Virus record (IMG/VR): IMGVR_UViG_3300036770_007945 | Coordinates: 1-64,000 of that record | DNA length: 64,000 bases | DNA from: a virus | Taxonomy: Duplodnaviria; Heunggongvirae; Uroviricota; Caudoviricetes | Direction: 5' to 3' (one strand) | Notes under the pieces: generated by a model | Databases searched by the model: none | What the model was told of the DNA's origin: nothing | Seen by the model: only the letters and a program-made list of their open reading frames with translations | In this document: positions 1 to 9,861 of the stretch, one piece after another | Layout of the letters: each line of letters opens with the position of its first letter | Position numbering within the stretch: the first letter of the stretch is position 1 | Position numbers and translations under genes: made by a program

Positions 1-1
1 A

Positions 2-814
2 AGAGGAAGTTGGACTCAAAGAGCAGATGGTAAGATTGATGTAAAAGGTTTTGTAAAGCTTAAGAAGAGTCTTCTTGTAGAGAGAGTATTAGGTAAAGAA
101 ATTTTCTTTGGTAACGTGGGTGGAAGGTTTGATTGTCGCAATAGCAACCTAACTTCCTTAAAAGGCTGTCCAGAATTTGTAGGCGGGTATTTTAGTTGTT
201 CTGAAAACAACCTCACCTCTCTCGAAGGAGCACCTAAAAAAGTAGGCGGGTATTTTAGTTGTTCTAGAAACAACATCACCTCTCTCGAAGGAGCACCAGA
301 ATATGTAGGCAAGGATTTTGTTTGTTTCAACAACAACATCACCTCCCTGAAAGGAGCACCTAAAAAAGTAGTCGGGTATTTTAATTGTTCTGGAAACAAC
401 CTCACCTCTCTCGAAGGAGCACCTAAAGAAGTAGGTAGGGACTTTGGTTGCGCGTTTAACAACCTCACCTCTCTCGAAGGAGCACCAGAATATGTAGGCA
501 AGGATTTTGTTTGTTTCAACAACAACATCACCTCCCTGAAAGGAGCACCTAAAGAAGTAAAAGGGGGTTTTTGGTGCAGCGACAATAAACTCACCTCCCT
601 GAAAGGAGCACCAGAATATGTAGGAGGGAAATTTGATTGCAGCGTGAACAACCTCACCTCTCTCGAAGGAGCACCAGAATATGTAGGTAAGGATTTTGTT
701 TGTTTCAACAACAATCTCACCTCCCTAGAAGGAATTGGTGAAGTTGGAGGTAAGGTCATTCTAGAACCTGATTGGGTAAACACTTGGGCGAAGTCATTGA
801 AGTCAATATCCTAA
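2..814 (+). CDS. Leucine-rich-repeat-like tandem-repeat protein, 5'-truncated by the window edge (track start 116 is a GTG; the frame is open back to nt 2).
   Basis: About 10 copies of a 20-aa unit, NNLTSLEGAPExVGGxFxCx, are encoded by a 60-bp DNA repeat. No stop occurs in this frame between 2 and 116. The minus-strand ORF 16..783 is the mirror image of this repeat array. Confidence 0.6.
   Translation, partial: RGSWTQRADGKIDVKGFVKLKKSLLVERVLGKEIFFGNVGGRFDCRNSNLTSLKGCPEFVGGYFSCSENNLTSLEGAPKKVGGYFSCSRNNITSLEGAPEYVGKDFVCFNNNITSLKGAPKKVVGYFNCSGNNLTSLEGAPKEVGRDFGCAFNNLTSLEGAPEYVGKDFVCFNNNITSLKGAPKEVKGGFWCSDNKLTSLKGAPEYVGGKFDCSVNNLTSLEGAPEYVGKDFVCFNNNLTSLEGIGEVGGKVILEPDWVNTWAKSLKSIS
140..750. repeat. 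60-bp tandem repeat array (about 10 units) encoding the LRR-like repeats.
   Basis: Units such as AACAACCTCACCTCTCTCGAAGGAGCACC... recur with a 60-nt period (e.g. 207 to 267). Confidence 0.8.
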
Positions 815-1054
815 ATTATTTTGAAGTTAAAAGTAAGATACGCTCAGATTTAGAATAAGAGTAATCATATACTAACAAATAATAAACATTCTAAAAACCT
901 CTTAGATTTAAATCAATCTAAGAGGCTTTACTTGTTAAATGTCTTTGTTCTTGAGTATTAAGATAGAAAGGTCTTTAAACTCCCCGCATAACGTAACTAA
1001 GTTTGAGAAAGTAGGAAGGTGCGTTAACCTTAGAATAATTTAAAAGTTTAAGAA

Positions 1055-1522
1055 TTAGAAATTAGAGTTGAGACAGTCTGGAGATACCTCTATAAGAATT
1101 TCATGTTTTGAAGGAGATATCTCTAAACCATAAATAAATTTATAGATATTTTTAGTTTTTTGCAACAAATTCATATAAGAATATAAGGGATCTTCAATTT
1201 TCAAAAGTTCTTTTTCAGCTCTCTTTGAAATTCCTGCAGAAGAGTCGATGTCCAGCCTAATAGTTCTGGCATTTTCTATACCATAATCAGATATAAAAAG
1301 ACCATGTCGCGTAAGATTTTTTATTACTTCTTTTAAGAAACTAGTAAAAATTTCCAAAGCCTTAGAGTCCTCCACAATTAAGTCTTGCACCATCTGCTCT
1401 ACGGCTATTTCTTTATTAGCACGAATAGTAAAGCGTTGAGCTTTCAAACCCGATAAATTAGAAAACTCTCTTTTAATCTTTAGTTGAAGTTTCGGTGATA
1501 ATTGACTTGCTTTTATTTTCAT
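1055..1522 (-). CDS. Hypothetical protein.
   Basis: A 155-aa ORF in a compact minus-strand arrangement. No motif was recognised. Confidence 0.4.
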   Translation of the reverse strand: MKIKASQLSPKLQLKIKREFSNLSGLKAQRFTIRANKEIAVEQMVQDLIVEDSKALEIFTSFLKEVIKNLTRHGLFISDYGIENARTIRLDIDSSAGISKRAEKELLKIEDPLYSYMNLLQKTKNIYKFIYGLEISPSKHEILIEVSPDCLNSNF

Positions 1523-1560
1523 AGCCTTATTATTAGGAGTTTATATAGTTCGAACACAAG

Positions 1561-2721
1561 TTATTCAGAATCCTTATTTAATTTAATATCTAACGAGATG
1601 AAATCTTCTGTAGACGAGATCTCAGGAATTACCTCGAAAACTTCTTTAGCACGATTCATAACATAAATAATATCATTTACGTCTGCCGGCTGTGTAAATT
1701 TAAGAATAAAGTGCCCAGAAATATCACCCTTATCTATATGAGAAAAAGAGGTCATTTTTTCTTTTTCAAATTTTGTAGATAAAGCAATCTCTACCTCATC
1801 GAGACCGTTTAATGTTTTTTCTTCTATAGCTTGTTCGGTTTTCTCCATCTCTTTATCTTGTATATCCTTAACAATTTCAGAAGCGTCTTCAATATCTTCT
1901 GCGGTAGAAGCTGTAGTTTTTAAAACGTTTTGTTTGATTGCTCTTTCAATTACTTTAGTTGCAGCAGAACCCTCTTGAGAGTTAAACCAGAAATTAATAT
2001 AAGCTTGAAAGGCATCTTTAGAAGTATTACCTTTTAAATCTTTTTCAAACTGTTCTTTGATTTGATATGGAGTGGCAACCGCAATTAAACATTGGGCGTT
2101 GACTTCAGTAGCTTTTCGTTGTTGTCTAGAGACGATTGAAACGTTGTCGCCGCTTCTCTCAACAACACCAGATTCAACACGATGATTAGCAGGGTTATAA
2201 AAGTAGGCGTAATCAAACTTATCGGAATCCAGAGCTTGTAAAGGATTTGCGCTAGCACGAACTTCAGAAACATCTAGTCGTTGTTTCATAAGTTCTTCTA
2301 AATCATCAGCAATATTTTGAACTAATTGTATAGCGCCCGATTTGGTAATAACTTTTTGCCAAATTTTATTTGTATTTTGATCTACGAAGATGTTTTTTGC
2401 AACTGCTTGTAGATTATTTTTTTGCAACTCTTTTTTGAAAGATGCTGTTGATGTTGGAAGGATCTTCTTTCTTGCTTGCACAATACACGTTTTATAGTCT
2501 CCCGGTATTGCTTTATAGTCTACAATGGAGTTAGCAACAACCGTGACAGCATCCCCTAACATTCTTTCAATAACAGGTTTAAAAGCTTCTTCGGTTAAGT
2601 TTTCTTTGTCGCTGACTTCCCCAGAATAATAGTAGGAGACTAGAATTTTATAAGTGTCTTTATCAATAGCGATGAAGCGCTTAAGGTTTGTCGAAATAAC
2701 TTCGTTATGATTGTTTTTCAT
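1561..2721 (-). CDS. Hypothetical protein.
   Basis: A 386-aa ORF. The inner 62-aa ORF 2085..2273 is considered spurious. Confidence 0.5.
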   Translation of the reverse strand: MKNNHNEVISTNLKRFIAIDKDTYKILVSYYYSGEVSDKENLTEEAFKPVIERMLGDAVTVVANSIVDYKAIPGDYKTCIVQARKKILPTSTASFKKELQKNNLQAVAKNIFVDQNTNKIWQKVITKSGAIQLVQNIADDLEELMKQRLDVSEVRASANPLQALDSDKFDYAYFYNPANHRVESGVVERSGDNVSIVSRQQRKATEVNAQCLIAVATPYQIKEQFEKDLKGNTSKDAFQAYINFWFNSQEGSAATKVIERAIKQNVLKTTASTAEDIEDASEIVKDIQDKEMEKTEQAIEEKTLNGLDEVEIALSTKFEKEKMTSFSHIDKGDISGHFILKFTQPADVNDIIYVMNRAKEVFEVIPEISSTEDFISLDIKLNKDSE

Positions 2722-2908
2722 GTTGTTAAAAATCGTTTACATTGATACGAGTAAAAATTAAGTAGCTTTTAAAAATCCTATAAGTTATACTTAGATTATT
2801 TAGACTCGATAAATTTATACATAAAATTAGAGTAGTATCTCTAGATGCTTCTTTCTGTATAAATTGAATCTATTTTTATAACCTCTTAAACCGTTAAACT
2901 TTAATAAA

Positions 2909-3676
2909 ATGACTACTAATAACTCTCTAAGTATTCTGTTTCTCAGTGCTGAAGCTTCCTCGTTAGACAATACACAAGCAGAGATACAGCAAATTACTTT
3001 ATCTCTAGCTAAAGTAGAAGATAATAATATTAAACTTGAGAAACATATATCATTTTTTCTAGAGGATTATCAACTAAAGGATCTCTACATAAAGACTTAT
3101 TTAGATTCTTCTCTTAAGTTTGTAACTCCTCTATGCTTCACGAATACAAGTGTGTATGAACGTTTAAGTAGGTTTTCAAAAGCGGATACTGTTAGCAGAT
3201 TACAAAAAATGCTAGACAAGGTAAAAATCCTTGTAGGCTTTAACCTCCTCGATTATCACCTCCCTCTTTTAAAAAGGTTAGGTTTAGTCTTTACAGATCA
3301 TTCGTTTATTGACTTATTAAAACATATAAATTATCCTACGCACATCAAAAATAAAAACTTCGAAGCGCTTTGTGCCAGTCACAATTTTTTACCTTATAAC
3401 TCGGAGATTTCTAAAACACGAACAGAGGCTTTGAATGAAGGATTACATACTTTGGCAAACCTCTACGGCTTTGATTCTCTCTTGAAAGCAGCTACAGAAG
3501 AGAAAGTTACCCTCATCGCTCGTGTAGGTTTTGATCAAAACTGGATACTAAAAGATTTAGGTTTTGCTTTCAATAATACTACTAAAGCTTGGATGATTAC
3601 TGCTAACGAGGAAGGTTATAATAAAATTGTTGCCACTTTAGGAACAGAGTGTTTAGAGGTTTATAATAAGCCTTGA
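2909..3676 (+). CDS. Hypothetical protein, possibly a DEDD-type exonuclease.
   Basis: A 255-aa ORF. The stretch VGFNLLDYHLPLL weakly resembles DnaQ-family Exo II motifs. This is speculative. Confidence 0.3.
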   Translation: MTTNNSLSILFLSAEASSLDNTQAEIQQITLSLAKVEDNNIKLEKHISFFLEDYQLKDLYIKTYLDSSLKFVTPLCFTNTSVYERLSRFSKADTVSRLQKMLDKVKILVGFNLLDYHLPLLKRLGLVFTDHSFIDLLKHINYPTHIKNKNFEALCASHNFLPYNSEISKTRTEALNEGLHTLANLYGFDSLLKAATEEKVTLIARVGFDQNWILKDLGFAFNNTTKAWMITANEEGYNKIVATLGTECLEVYNKP

Positions 3677-3774
3677 AATTTTTATTTTTAATATAATTAC
3701 TACTATTATTATAGTAATTATATTAAAAACTAAACAGAAACTAATATAATCTTATTAATTATTATTGTATACAT

Positions 3775-4890
3775 ATGACTAAATTTTGTTTTATAGGGGA
3801 TCTTCATTTCGAAGCGTTAAATAAATATTTTGGAAAAGAGACAAATCCTGATAGGTTTATATTTGAACAGCTAGAGAAGGTAGTCAATTATTGCAGAAAG
3901 GTAGGGATTAAAAGTGTTTTTCAGTTAGGAGACGTTTTTGATCAACCTTACCCAGATCAACATGCTATTAAAGAGTTCTTAAGTTTCTTACATAAGAATC
4001 AAGATATAAATTTTTATATAATCGCAGGTAACCACGATTATTCAAATATTAAAACTACCAGCTTAGAAATCGGAACTTTTCTTGCTGACAAGGATTTACT
4101 CAAGAATGTTAAGATTTTCACCAAACCTTCTCATCTTATTATAGAAGGAATTTCTGTATTTTTTGCCCCTTACCCGGTATTTAAGAAATTTGATTTTCTA
4201 GTAGGAACTCCTTGCTTATGCTTGGGGCACTTTGAGGTTTCCGGAGCAAAACACGATAGCGGCCAGTTAATTAAAACCGGTGTCAATGGAGATTTATTAT
4301 ATCCAGAAGATTTCTGGGTATTAGGACATTTACATAGGCATCAGAATATACAACCAAAGATTTATTATACAGGCACAACCTTGCAGTATAATTTCGGAGA
4401 ACCCTTACCTAAAGGTTTTACTGTTTCCGAAATCTCCGAAGTTACAAACCTAAATACTACTGAAACCTCTACCAAAAGTTTAGAAGTAAAACACCAGTAT
4501 ATAACTTTAGATACCCCCTATAGATTAGAAAATGTTTTTATCAACACGCAAGAAGAGTTTGATCAAATTCGCATCAATGATCCTCAATACTTTTATAAAA
4601 TCTTTTTACAAGGTAGTGATTTAATTCTGCCGCAAAAATTCCTTAACGGCTCCGTTCATAACATTTACAAGATTATTAGAAATCGATCTACTACCGAAGA
4701 AAGAGATATGATTAATTCAAACAGTTTGAGTGAGACTTTCAATGATGATTGTGATAAGAGAAAATTATTTGAACCTCTAGGAGGTCTAGAAGACTACTTA
4801 AGTAAAGAGCTTTTTACCCCTGAGGAGATACAAAATACAATGCAGCAAATACAGCAACTATCTGTAGAATATAAACCTAGCAGGAATTAA
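3775..4890 (+). CDS. SbcD/Mre11-like nuclease of the calcineurin-like metallophosphoesterase family (T4 gp47-like).
   Basis: N-terminal GDLHF, then QLGDVFDQ, then IAGNHD: these are metallophosphoesterase motifs I-III in the order typical of Mre11/SbcD. Confidence 0.65.
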   Translation: MTKFCFIGDLHFEALNKYFGKETNPDRFIFEQLEKVVNYCRKVGIKSVFQLGDVFDQPYPDQHAIKEFLSFLHKNQDINFYIIAGNHDYSNIKTTSLEIGTFLADKDLLKNVKIFTKPSHLIIEGISVFFAPYPVFKKFDFLVGTPCLCLGHFEVSGAKHDSGQLIKTGVNGDLLYPEDFWVLGHLHRHQNIQPKIYYTGTTLQYNFGEPLPKGFTVSEISEVTNLNTTETSTKSLEVKHQYITLDTPYRLENVFINTQEEFDQIRINDPQYFYKIFLQGSDLILPQKFLNGSVHNIYKIIRNRSTTEERDMINSNSLSETFNDDCDKRKLFEPLGGLEDYLSKELFTPEEIQNTMQQIQQLSVEYKPSRN

Positions 4891-4935
4891 TATAACGAGA
4901 GAACTAAATATGCTATTACTATTATTATTACTTTT

Positions 4936-5877
4936 ATGAGAGATTTTGTCGAAGAGCAACTAGATTTAGTCAGTGTAGATATCAAGGTTCTTAAGAAGAG
5001 TGATTATGCGTTAGTTCAATGTCCTTTTCATAAGGATGGACAGGAATCTAATCCAAGTTTGATGGTTAATTTAGGTAATCCAAAATACGATGTAGGTTTT
5101 TATTACTGTCTTAGTTGCGGTTCTCAAGGTTCTTGGAATAAACTTGCGCAAGAATTATCTTTGGAGGAGATAGTAAATAATTCCCCAAGACAAAGATTAC
5201 TACCTAAAAAACTCCAAGTCAACTCTCTAAAGATCAAACCAGTGATTCTCGAAAAAGATATCTCTCCTTCTATCTCTTGGCCACAACAAGACTCCTGGAG
5301 GGGAATCAAAGGATCCTTACTCCAGCAAATTTATGCTCGGTTACGCGTAGATTTTCGATCTAAAGATAAACAAATTGTTTTGCCTGTATCAATTAATCGA
5401 AGAGTAGTTGGTTATATTTATGGCTATCTTCAAAAGAGAGATAAAGAGTTAGGATCTAGTTATATTAACAGCAAAGGTGCTTGGGTCAAAGATGCATTAT
5501 TCCCTTTTGATTACGCCGTAAGTTTAGTAAAAAAAGACTCAACATTGCCTTTATATGTAGTTGAAGGTCCTAGAGATGCATTAAACTTACTACAGCACGG
5601 ACTTCCGGCGGTAGCAATACTTGGATGCACGAACTGGTCAAAAAGTCTTCTACCTCTGTTATCAACGGTGAAAGCAAGCTCTTTTATTGTTTTAATGGAT
5701 GGGGATGAAGCAGGAAAAACAGCTGCCATCAATATATACCACGACCTCCTGACAACTTTTCCCAAATCTAAAGTTCAAGTATACGACCTTCCAAATAACA
5801 TGGATCCTGCAGATCTTGATTTAAAAGCCTCTCAACTATTACTACAAACATACAAACATAATTTAAACAACTCCTAA
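4936..5877 (+). CDS. DNA primase with an N-terminal CHC2-like zinc ribbon and a Toprim domain (T4 gp61-like).
   Basis: Zinc ribbon: CPFHKDG...CLSCG. Toprim acidic motifs: VVEGPRDAL and VLMDGDEAGK. Confidence 0.65.
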   Translation: MRDFVEEQLDLVSVDIKVLKKSDYALVQCPFHKDGQESNPSLMVNLGNPKYDVGFYYCLSCGSQGSWNKLAQELSLEEIVNNSPRQRLLPKKLQVNSLKIKPVILEKDISPSISWPQQDSWRGIKGSLLQQIYARLRVDFRSKDKQIVLPVSINRRVVGYIYGYLQKRDKELGSSYINSKGAWVKDALFPFDYAVSLVKKDSTLPLYVVEGPRDALNLLQHGLPAVAILGCTNWSKSLLPLLSTVKASSFIVLMDGDEAGKTAAINIYHDLLTTFPKSKVQVYDLPNNMDPADLDLKASQLLLQTYKHNLNNS

Positions 5878-5944
5878 ACGGTAAACAACTCCTAATTTTT
5901 CTACACAGACTAAGGTTTTCCTTAAGATTAATTATTGAATTGTT

Positions 5945-6934
5945 ATGGATATACAAACGTTACCCGAAAACACTAATATACAACAAGACACAAAGTTTTT
6001 GACTAATCAGGCAGAAGTTATAAGATATCAAACGGTTTTAAATAAAATCGTGCAAGACATCGTCAGCGATAATATCTCAAACCCTTCTACCCAGAAATTT
6101 TTATCGCAGGTCGGATTACTCTCTTTATTAGCAGGATATGTTACTGAAAACGAACTTAATACAGTTCAAGCAGCATTGACAGCACTCTCTAATACATACG
6201 CTACAACTACTAGTCGCGGCTTAGCATACCTTGTGAAACCTATTACCATTACAAATAATGCAACCACTCCAAACTCTAAAATTGATTTTAGTAACGGTAT
6301 TATGAACTTTCACGACGGTTCGGGTCAAGCTACTGCATCAGCTTTAACTAAGATTTTGCAATCAAGCGGCTCCTGGATAGCTGGAAATGATCAAAATGGT
6401 TTATTCAGTGGAGCTAGAGCTAATAATACTTGGTATTATTTATTTGCAATTTATAACTCATCAATAGGAGTAGTCGATTTTGGGTATGACACAAACGTTT
6501 CTGCGACCAACAGACCCGCGGGATACACAAAATATCAATTACTACAAGCGTGCAAAACTGATGCGAGTGGAAATATTATAACAGGAACGTATTTTAAAGA
6601 TGGCTGGTTCTGGTATAACAGTAGACAAGTTGAGTTTGATTGGACTGGAGTGACAAGCACAAACTTAACATTAAGTTTTTACCCGCCAGGAATCAACGGT
6701 TTTGCTTATATGAATGCTGTTTCTAATATGAGCAGCTCAACAGGAGCGAGAAGAATAAGAATTGGTGCTTCTGCATTAAATCTTTCAATAGACACGGGTT
6801 TTACTTATGGCGATACATATGTTTCAAGCGGTTCTGGAGTTACCTCAGTTAATTCTTCTAATCAAATTTATATTATAACTAACGGGACAGGATCATCACA
6901 ATTATATATAAATGGATTTAAACTTAATTTATAA
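5945..6934 (+). CDS. Tail-fibre-like protein, paralogous to the C-terminal part of the 52445..54532 product.
   Basis: The two proteins share a ~130-aa block (PITI.NNA..IDFS.G..F.DGSGQA ... P.GYTK ... DGSGNI). The composition is rich in Ser, Gly, Thr and Asn. Confidence 0.5.
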   Translation: MDIQTLPENTNIQQDTKFLTNQAEVIRYQTVLNKIVQDIVSDNISNPSTQKFLSQVGLLSLLAGYVTENELNTVQAALTALSNTYATTTSRGLAYLVKPITITNNATTPNSKIDFSNGIMNFHDGSGQATASALTKILQSSGSWIAGNDQNGLFSGARANNTWYYLFAIYNSSIGVVDFGYDTNVSATNRPAGYTKYQLLQACKTDASGNIITGTYFKDGWFWYNSRQVEFDWTGVTSTNLTLSFYPPGINGFAYMNAVSNMSSSTGARRIRIGASALNLSIDTGFTYGDTYVSSGSGVTSVNSSNQIYIITNGTGSSQLYINGFKLNL

Positions 6935-6942
6935 ATATTTTT

Positions 6943-7497
6943 ATGAAAACCTTTAAACTTTATCGCTTCTACAGTAATAATGGCGATTACCTGAAAAGCG
7001 TCAAAAACAACCGAACTTTCTTTTCTGGAACTACTATTGGATCTCTTTGTGAAGTCAAAGACGGACAAGAACTTTCTCCTTTTTGTTATACTTTAGAAAG
7101 ACCTTTGTTTTACAACGGAGAGACAAACAAAAGAGATGATTCTAACACTAAAGATATTAATGAAGCTTGTTGTATTAATGTTGGCACATACAATCTTAAA
7201 TGGACTTATTCTCCTAGATTTAAGCGCAATTTATATCTAGTAGCAGGCACGATGGATAGATCAGGTATACGTATACACCCCGCTAATGATATTAACGATC
7301 TTCACGGCTGCATTGCTTTAGGTATGCAGATTAGAAAAGATACTAAGAGCTCTGATGGCTTTACCTACGATTTCATAATTACCGAGTCTAGAAACGCCTG
7401 TAAAAGATTTGAGACCTACTGTAATGGGGAGGAGATACAATTAATTATTGAAGACTTAACGCAGCTTGAAAACCTTAAGAAGATTAAGATTCTTTAA
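6943..7497 (+). CDS. Hypothetical protein with an L,D-transpeptidase (YkuD)-like catalytic motif.
   Basis: IRIHPANDINDLHGCIALG resembles the YkuD catalytic signature (HG...HGC[I/V]R). Confidence 0.3.
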   Translation: MKTFKLYRFYSNNGDYLKSVKNNRTFFSGTTIGSLCEVKDGQELSPFCYTLERPLFYNGETNKRDDSNTKDINEACCINVGTYNLKWTYSPRFKRNLYLVAGTMDRSGIRIHPANDINDLHGCIALGMQIRKDTKSSDGFTYDFIITESRNACKRFETYCNGEEIQLIIEDLTQLENLKKIKIL

Positions 7498-7508
7498 GTT
7501 AATAACCT

Positions 7509-8279
7509 CTAAACAGTAATTAATACTTGAAGAGGTTGGTTTAGGTAAGTCAAATTTTGTCCCGAAGATTGTAAAGAGTCTAAGGTTTTATCAACTAATA
7601 TTCCTACAGTTATAGTTGCTGAAGCCTTCATATCCATGTAATAAGGCTCGTTGTTGAATAAAATCATTGCTACTACAGACTCTAATACATAATGTATAGG
7701 GGCAAGATTATAAAACAGTTCTTGTAAGACGTTTGAATCCAATAAACCTGTTTGATCCAAATAATAAGTAAGACGGTAATGACTTGTAGGGTAAAAGATT
7801 CCTGCTGTTTGGTCTCCTGGATGTTCTAAAATAGTATTATTGTTTGTTAGGTCTTTTTCGACAAAAGCTACAAAATCTTGAGAACCATAGGATGTCCATA
7901 GTTGTTCTAAATGTAGACTAGCGCCACGAATGAAACCAATAAAATCTACTAAACTGAAATCTCCTTGTGTCTCATAGAACTGCGGTAGAAACTCTACTAA
8001 CTTGACATAGTTATCTTGTGTCATGTATTTGCTTAAAAATTTATATCCAAGTAGGTTAGCGTTTCGAATTAATACCCAAAGATCTTGTTTTTGGTTCTCA
8101 CTATACACTAAAGTTTGTCGCAGCTCTGAAAGAGCTTTGATATAAGGAATCACAGAGGTCTTCCAAATCTCTTCTGTTGCCTTCATGTAGTCTGTATAGA
8201 AGGGATTGTTTGCAAGATGCGTCGGTAACAAAGAGGTGAAGTCAACGTTACTGAAAGTAAATTCTGCAGAAGTAGTCAT
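7509..8279 (-). CDS. Hypothetical protein, possibly a virion or baseplate component.
   Basis: A 256-aa ORF immediately downstream of the 478-aa ORF on the same strand. Confidence 0.4.
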   Translation of the reverse strand: MTTSAEFTFSNVDFTSLLPTHLANNPFYTDYMKATEEIWKTSVIPYIKALSELRQTLVYSENQKQDLWVLIRNANLLGYKFLSKYMTQDNYVKLVEFLPQFYETQGDFSLVDFIGFIRGASLHLEQLWTSYGSQDFVAFVEKDLTNNNTILEHPGDQTAGIFYPTSHYRLTYYLDQTGLLDSNVLQELFYNLAPIHYVLESVVAMILFNNEPYYMDMKASATITVGILVDKTLDSLQSSGQNLTYLNQPLQVLITV

Positions 8280-8319
8280 ATGTATATTGTCCTATCTTTA
8301 TAAGGTTTTGCATAACTAG

Positions 8320-9756
8320 TTAAGCTACTATATCACGAGTAGAGTAATAGCTCTCTACAGTTATGCTTGTAAAGTTTACGTATTCGTTTTTTTGAACTAT
8401 AGTATCATTAGGGGAAGACAATGCAAAGTAATCAAGTAATGTCGGATCACCCACAGCATCTCTGATTCTTTTCTCAATATCACTTCTATATATGGAAAAA
8501 CCTAAAGACCCTAAACGTAAAGTTTGTAGAGACTGTAATGCTGTTTGCACAGCTAGTTTTACCGAATTTGGATCTGCTTTACTTGTGCAATATAAAACCA
8601 CATTAATAGTTCTATTTACCGCCGTTGGGTTTAACTGCAAGAACTCTAGATTATCTATTGTTTTAGTTTTCATAAAAGTCACAAAGTCCTGAAACTGCGA
8701 ACTCGTAAATAAAGGGTTTGCCAAGATTACAGCCGTTACTACATTCATATAAGCTTTATCCGCCGGATAGGTTTCTGCTTGACCAAGCAAATTGCAATCT
8801 ATCACTCCTGGGTAAGTTAGAGCAATCGCTTTATATTGAGGACGTGTTACTCCTCCCCCTCTAACATCTGCAGACCTTAAATACGCTCCATGCACTCTGT
8901 AAAACTCAGGATCTTTTGGATCCTCTCCTGAAGACGCCGCTCCTGTAGTTATTCCCGTAACTACCGGATTTGCTAAATAAGAGACAGTAGAACCAATTGG
9001 TAATGTCCCGTTGGTTGCTTTACCTATAGTGTTTACATAAATAAATTCTAATTGGCTGTTTGTAGTAGGAAGTTTACCGTAAAAGCCATCGCCAAATAAT
9101 ACCTCAACTTCTCCTGTCGGAAGAGAGTTCTCATAAAATACTTTACTACCGTTATCTCCAGCTTTAAATAGCCCTTCTGTCGTTTTTGTATACTCTTCTG
9201 TGTTATTCACTATACAATACAAATCTAAATCAGAAATTCCGAAAGCGTCTCCGGAAGTTCCTAAGTAAAAACGCTCATTGATAATGCCAGTAGTTGTTCT
9301 TGATTCTGAAGTTACAGTGCCTTGATATAAAGTTACACTAGCTGAGCTGTTTGGAGAAAGATTAATTGCTGCACGGTTAAAACAATTTACACCGTTAATG
9401 GTGAATTGTGAGTATTTTGCTATGGTTAGACTCTCTCCTGAAGTATTCGTTAAAGTGCATGGAATACTAGCTGGAATTTTTCTTTGTAAGTGTATGCCCC
9501 AGATAGTTCTTGCAATATTTAAAATGGATTTAGACGATCTGGCAGTATCAGGAGAGGTTTCTTGTAAAGCTGCCTCTATAGAAAGTAAATCTGTAACACC
9601 AACATAAGCTGCTAAACTAAGAAGAATGTCTCCAGTTCCTACAGCTAAGGCGTTGTTCCAAGTATCAGGAGCGTTCGCAATCAGGTATGTTCGAAGTTTC
9701 TCTTTATACGCTTCGAAGTCTGTATCTATATTACTCAGCGAAATAGTAGTAGTCAT
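8320..9756 (-). CDS. Hypothetical structural protein.
   Basis: A 478-aa ORF rich in Thr, Ser and Gly. The inner opposite-strand ORFs are spurious. Confidence 0.45.
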   Translation of the reverse strand: MTTTISLSNIDTDFEAYKEKLRTYLIANAPDTWNNALAVGTGDILLSLAAYVGVTDLLSIEAALQETSPDTARSSKSILNIARTIWGIHLQRKIPASIPCTLTNTSGESLTIAKYSQFTINGVNCFNRAAINLSPNSSASVTLYQGTVTSESRTTTGIINERFYLGTSGDAFGISDLDLYCIVNNTEEYTKTTEGLFKAGDNGSKVFYENSLPTGEVEVLFGDGFYGKLPTTNSQLEFIYVNTIGKATNGTLPIGSTVSYLANPVVTGITTGAASSGEDPKDPEFYRVHGAYLRSADVRGGGVTRPQYKAIALTYPGVIDCNLLGQAETYPADKAYMNVVTAVILANPLFTSSQFQDFVTFMKTKTIDNLEFLQLNPTAVNRTINVVLYCTSKADPNSVKLAVQTALQSLQTLRLGSLGFSIYRSDIEKRIRDAVGDPTLLDYFALSSPNDTIVQKNEYVNFTSITVESYYSTRDIVA

Positions 9757-9861
9757 ATTTAAATTTTTTAATTCCCAGATCTTATTTTATGTAGTAAGAA
9801 ATAATTCTATATTACTATCATAAAATTATAAACTAGCATACAAACTTTAGAAGCTACAAGA

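Noticed and set aside
16-783. A 255-aa minus-strand ORF.
   Set aside because: It is the reverse-strand mirror of the 60-bp repeat array. Its repetitive translation (PTYSGAPSREVRL…) is an artefact of the repeat. The plus-strand frame continues beyond the window edge and gives LRR-like repeats.
2085-2273. Small internal or antisense ORFs of about 60-90 aa, here and at 5124..5309, 5511..5765, 5768..5956, 6868..7068, 8492..8692, 9398..9823, 11035..11220, 13158..13340, 13689..13889, 14123..14455, 16213..16404, 38086..38828, 39210..39551, 40550..40877, 41915..42106, 43605..43805, 44482..44757, 45915..46184, 47262..47723, 49038..49268, 51050..51390, 53874..54095, 55065..55355, 56787..56984, 57566..57847, 60367..60714 and 61738..62151.
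   Set aside because: Each is nested within, or antisense to, a longer ORF with better support. None has an independent motif.
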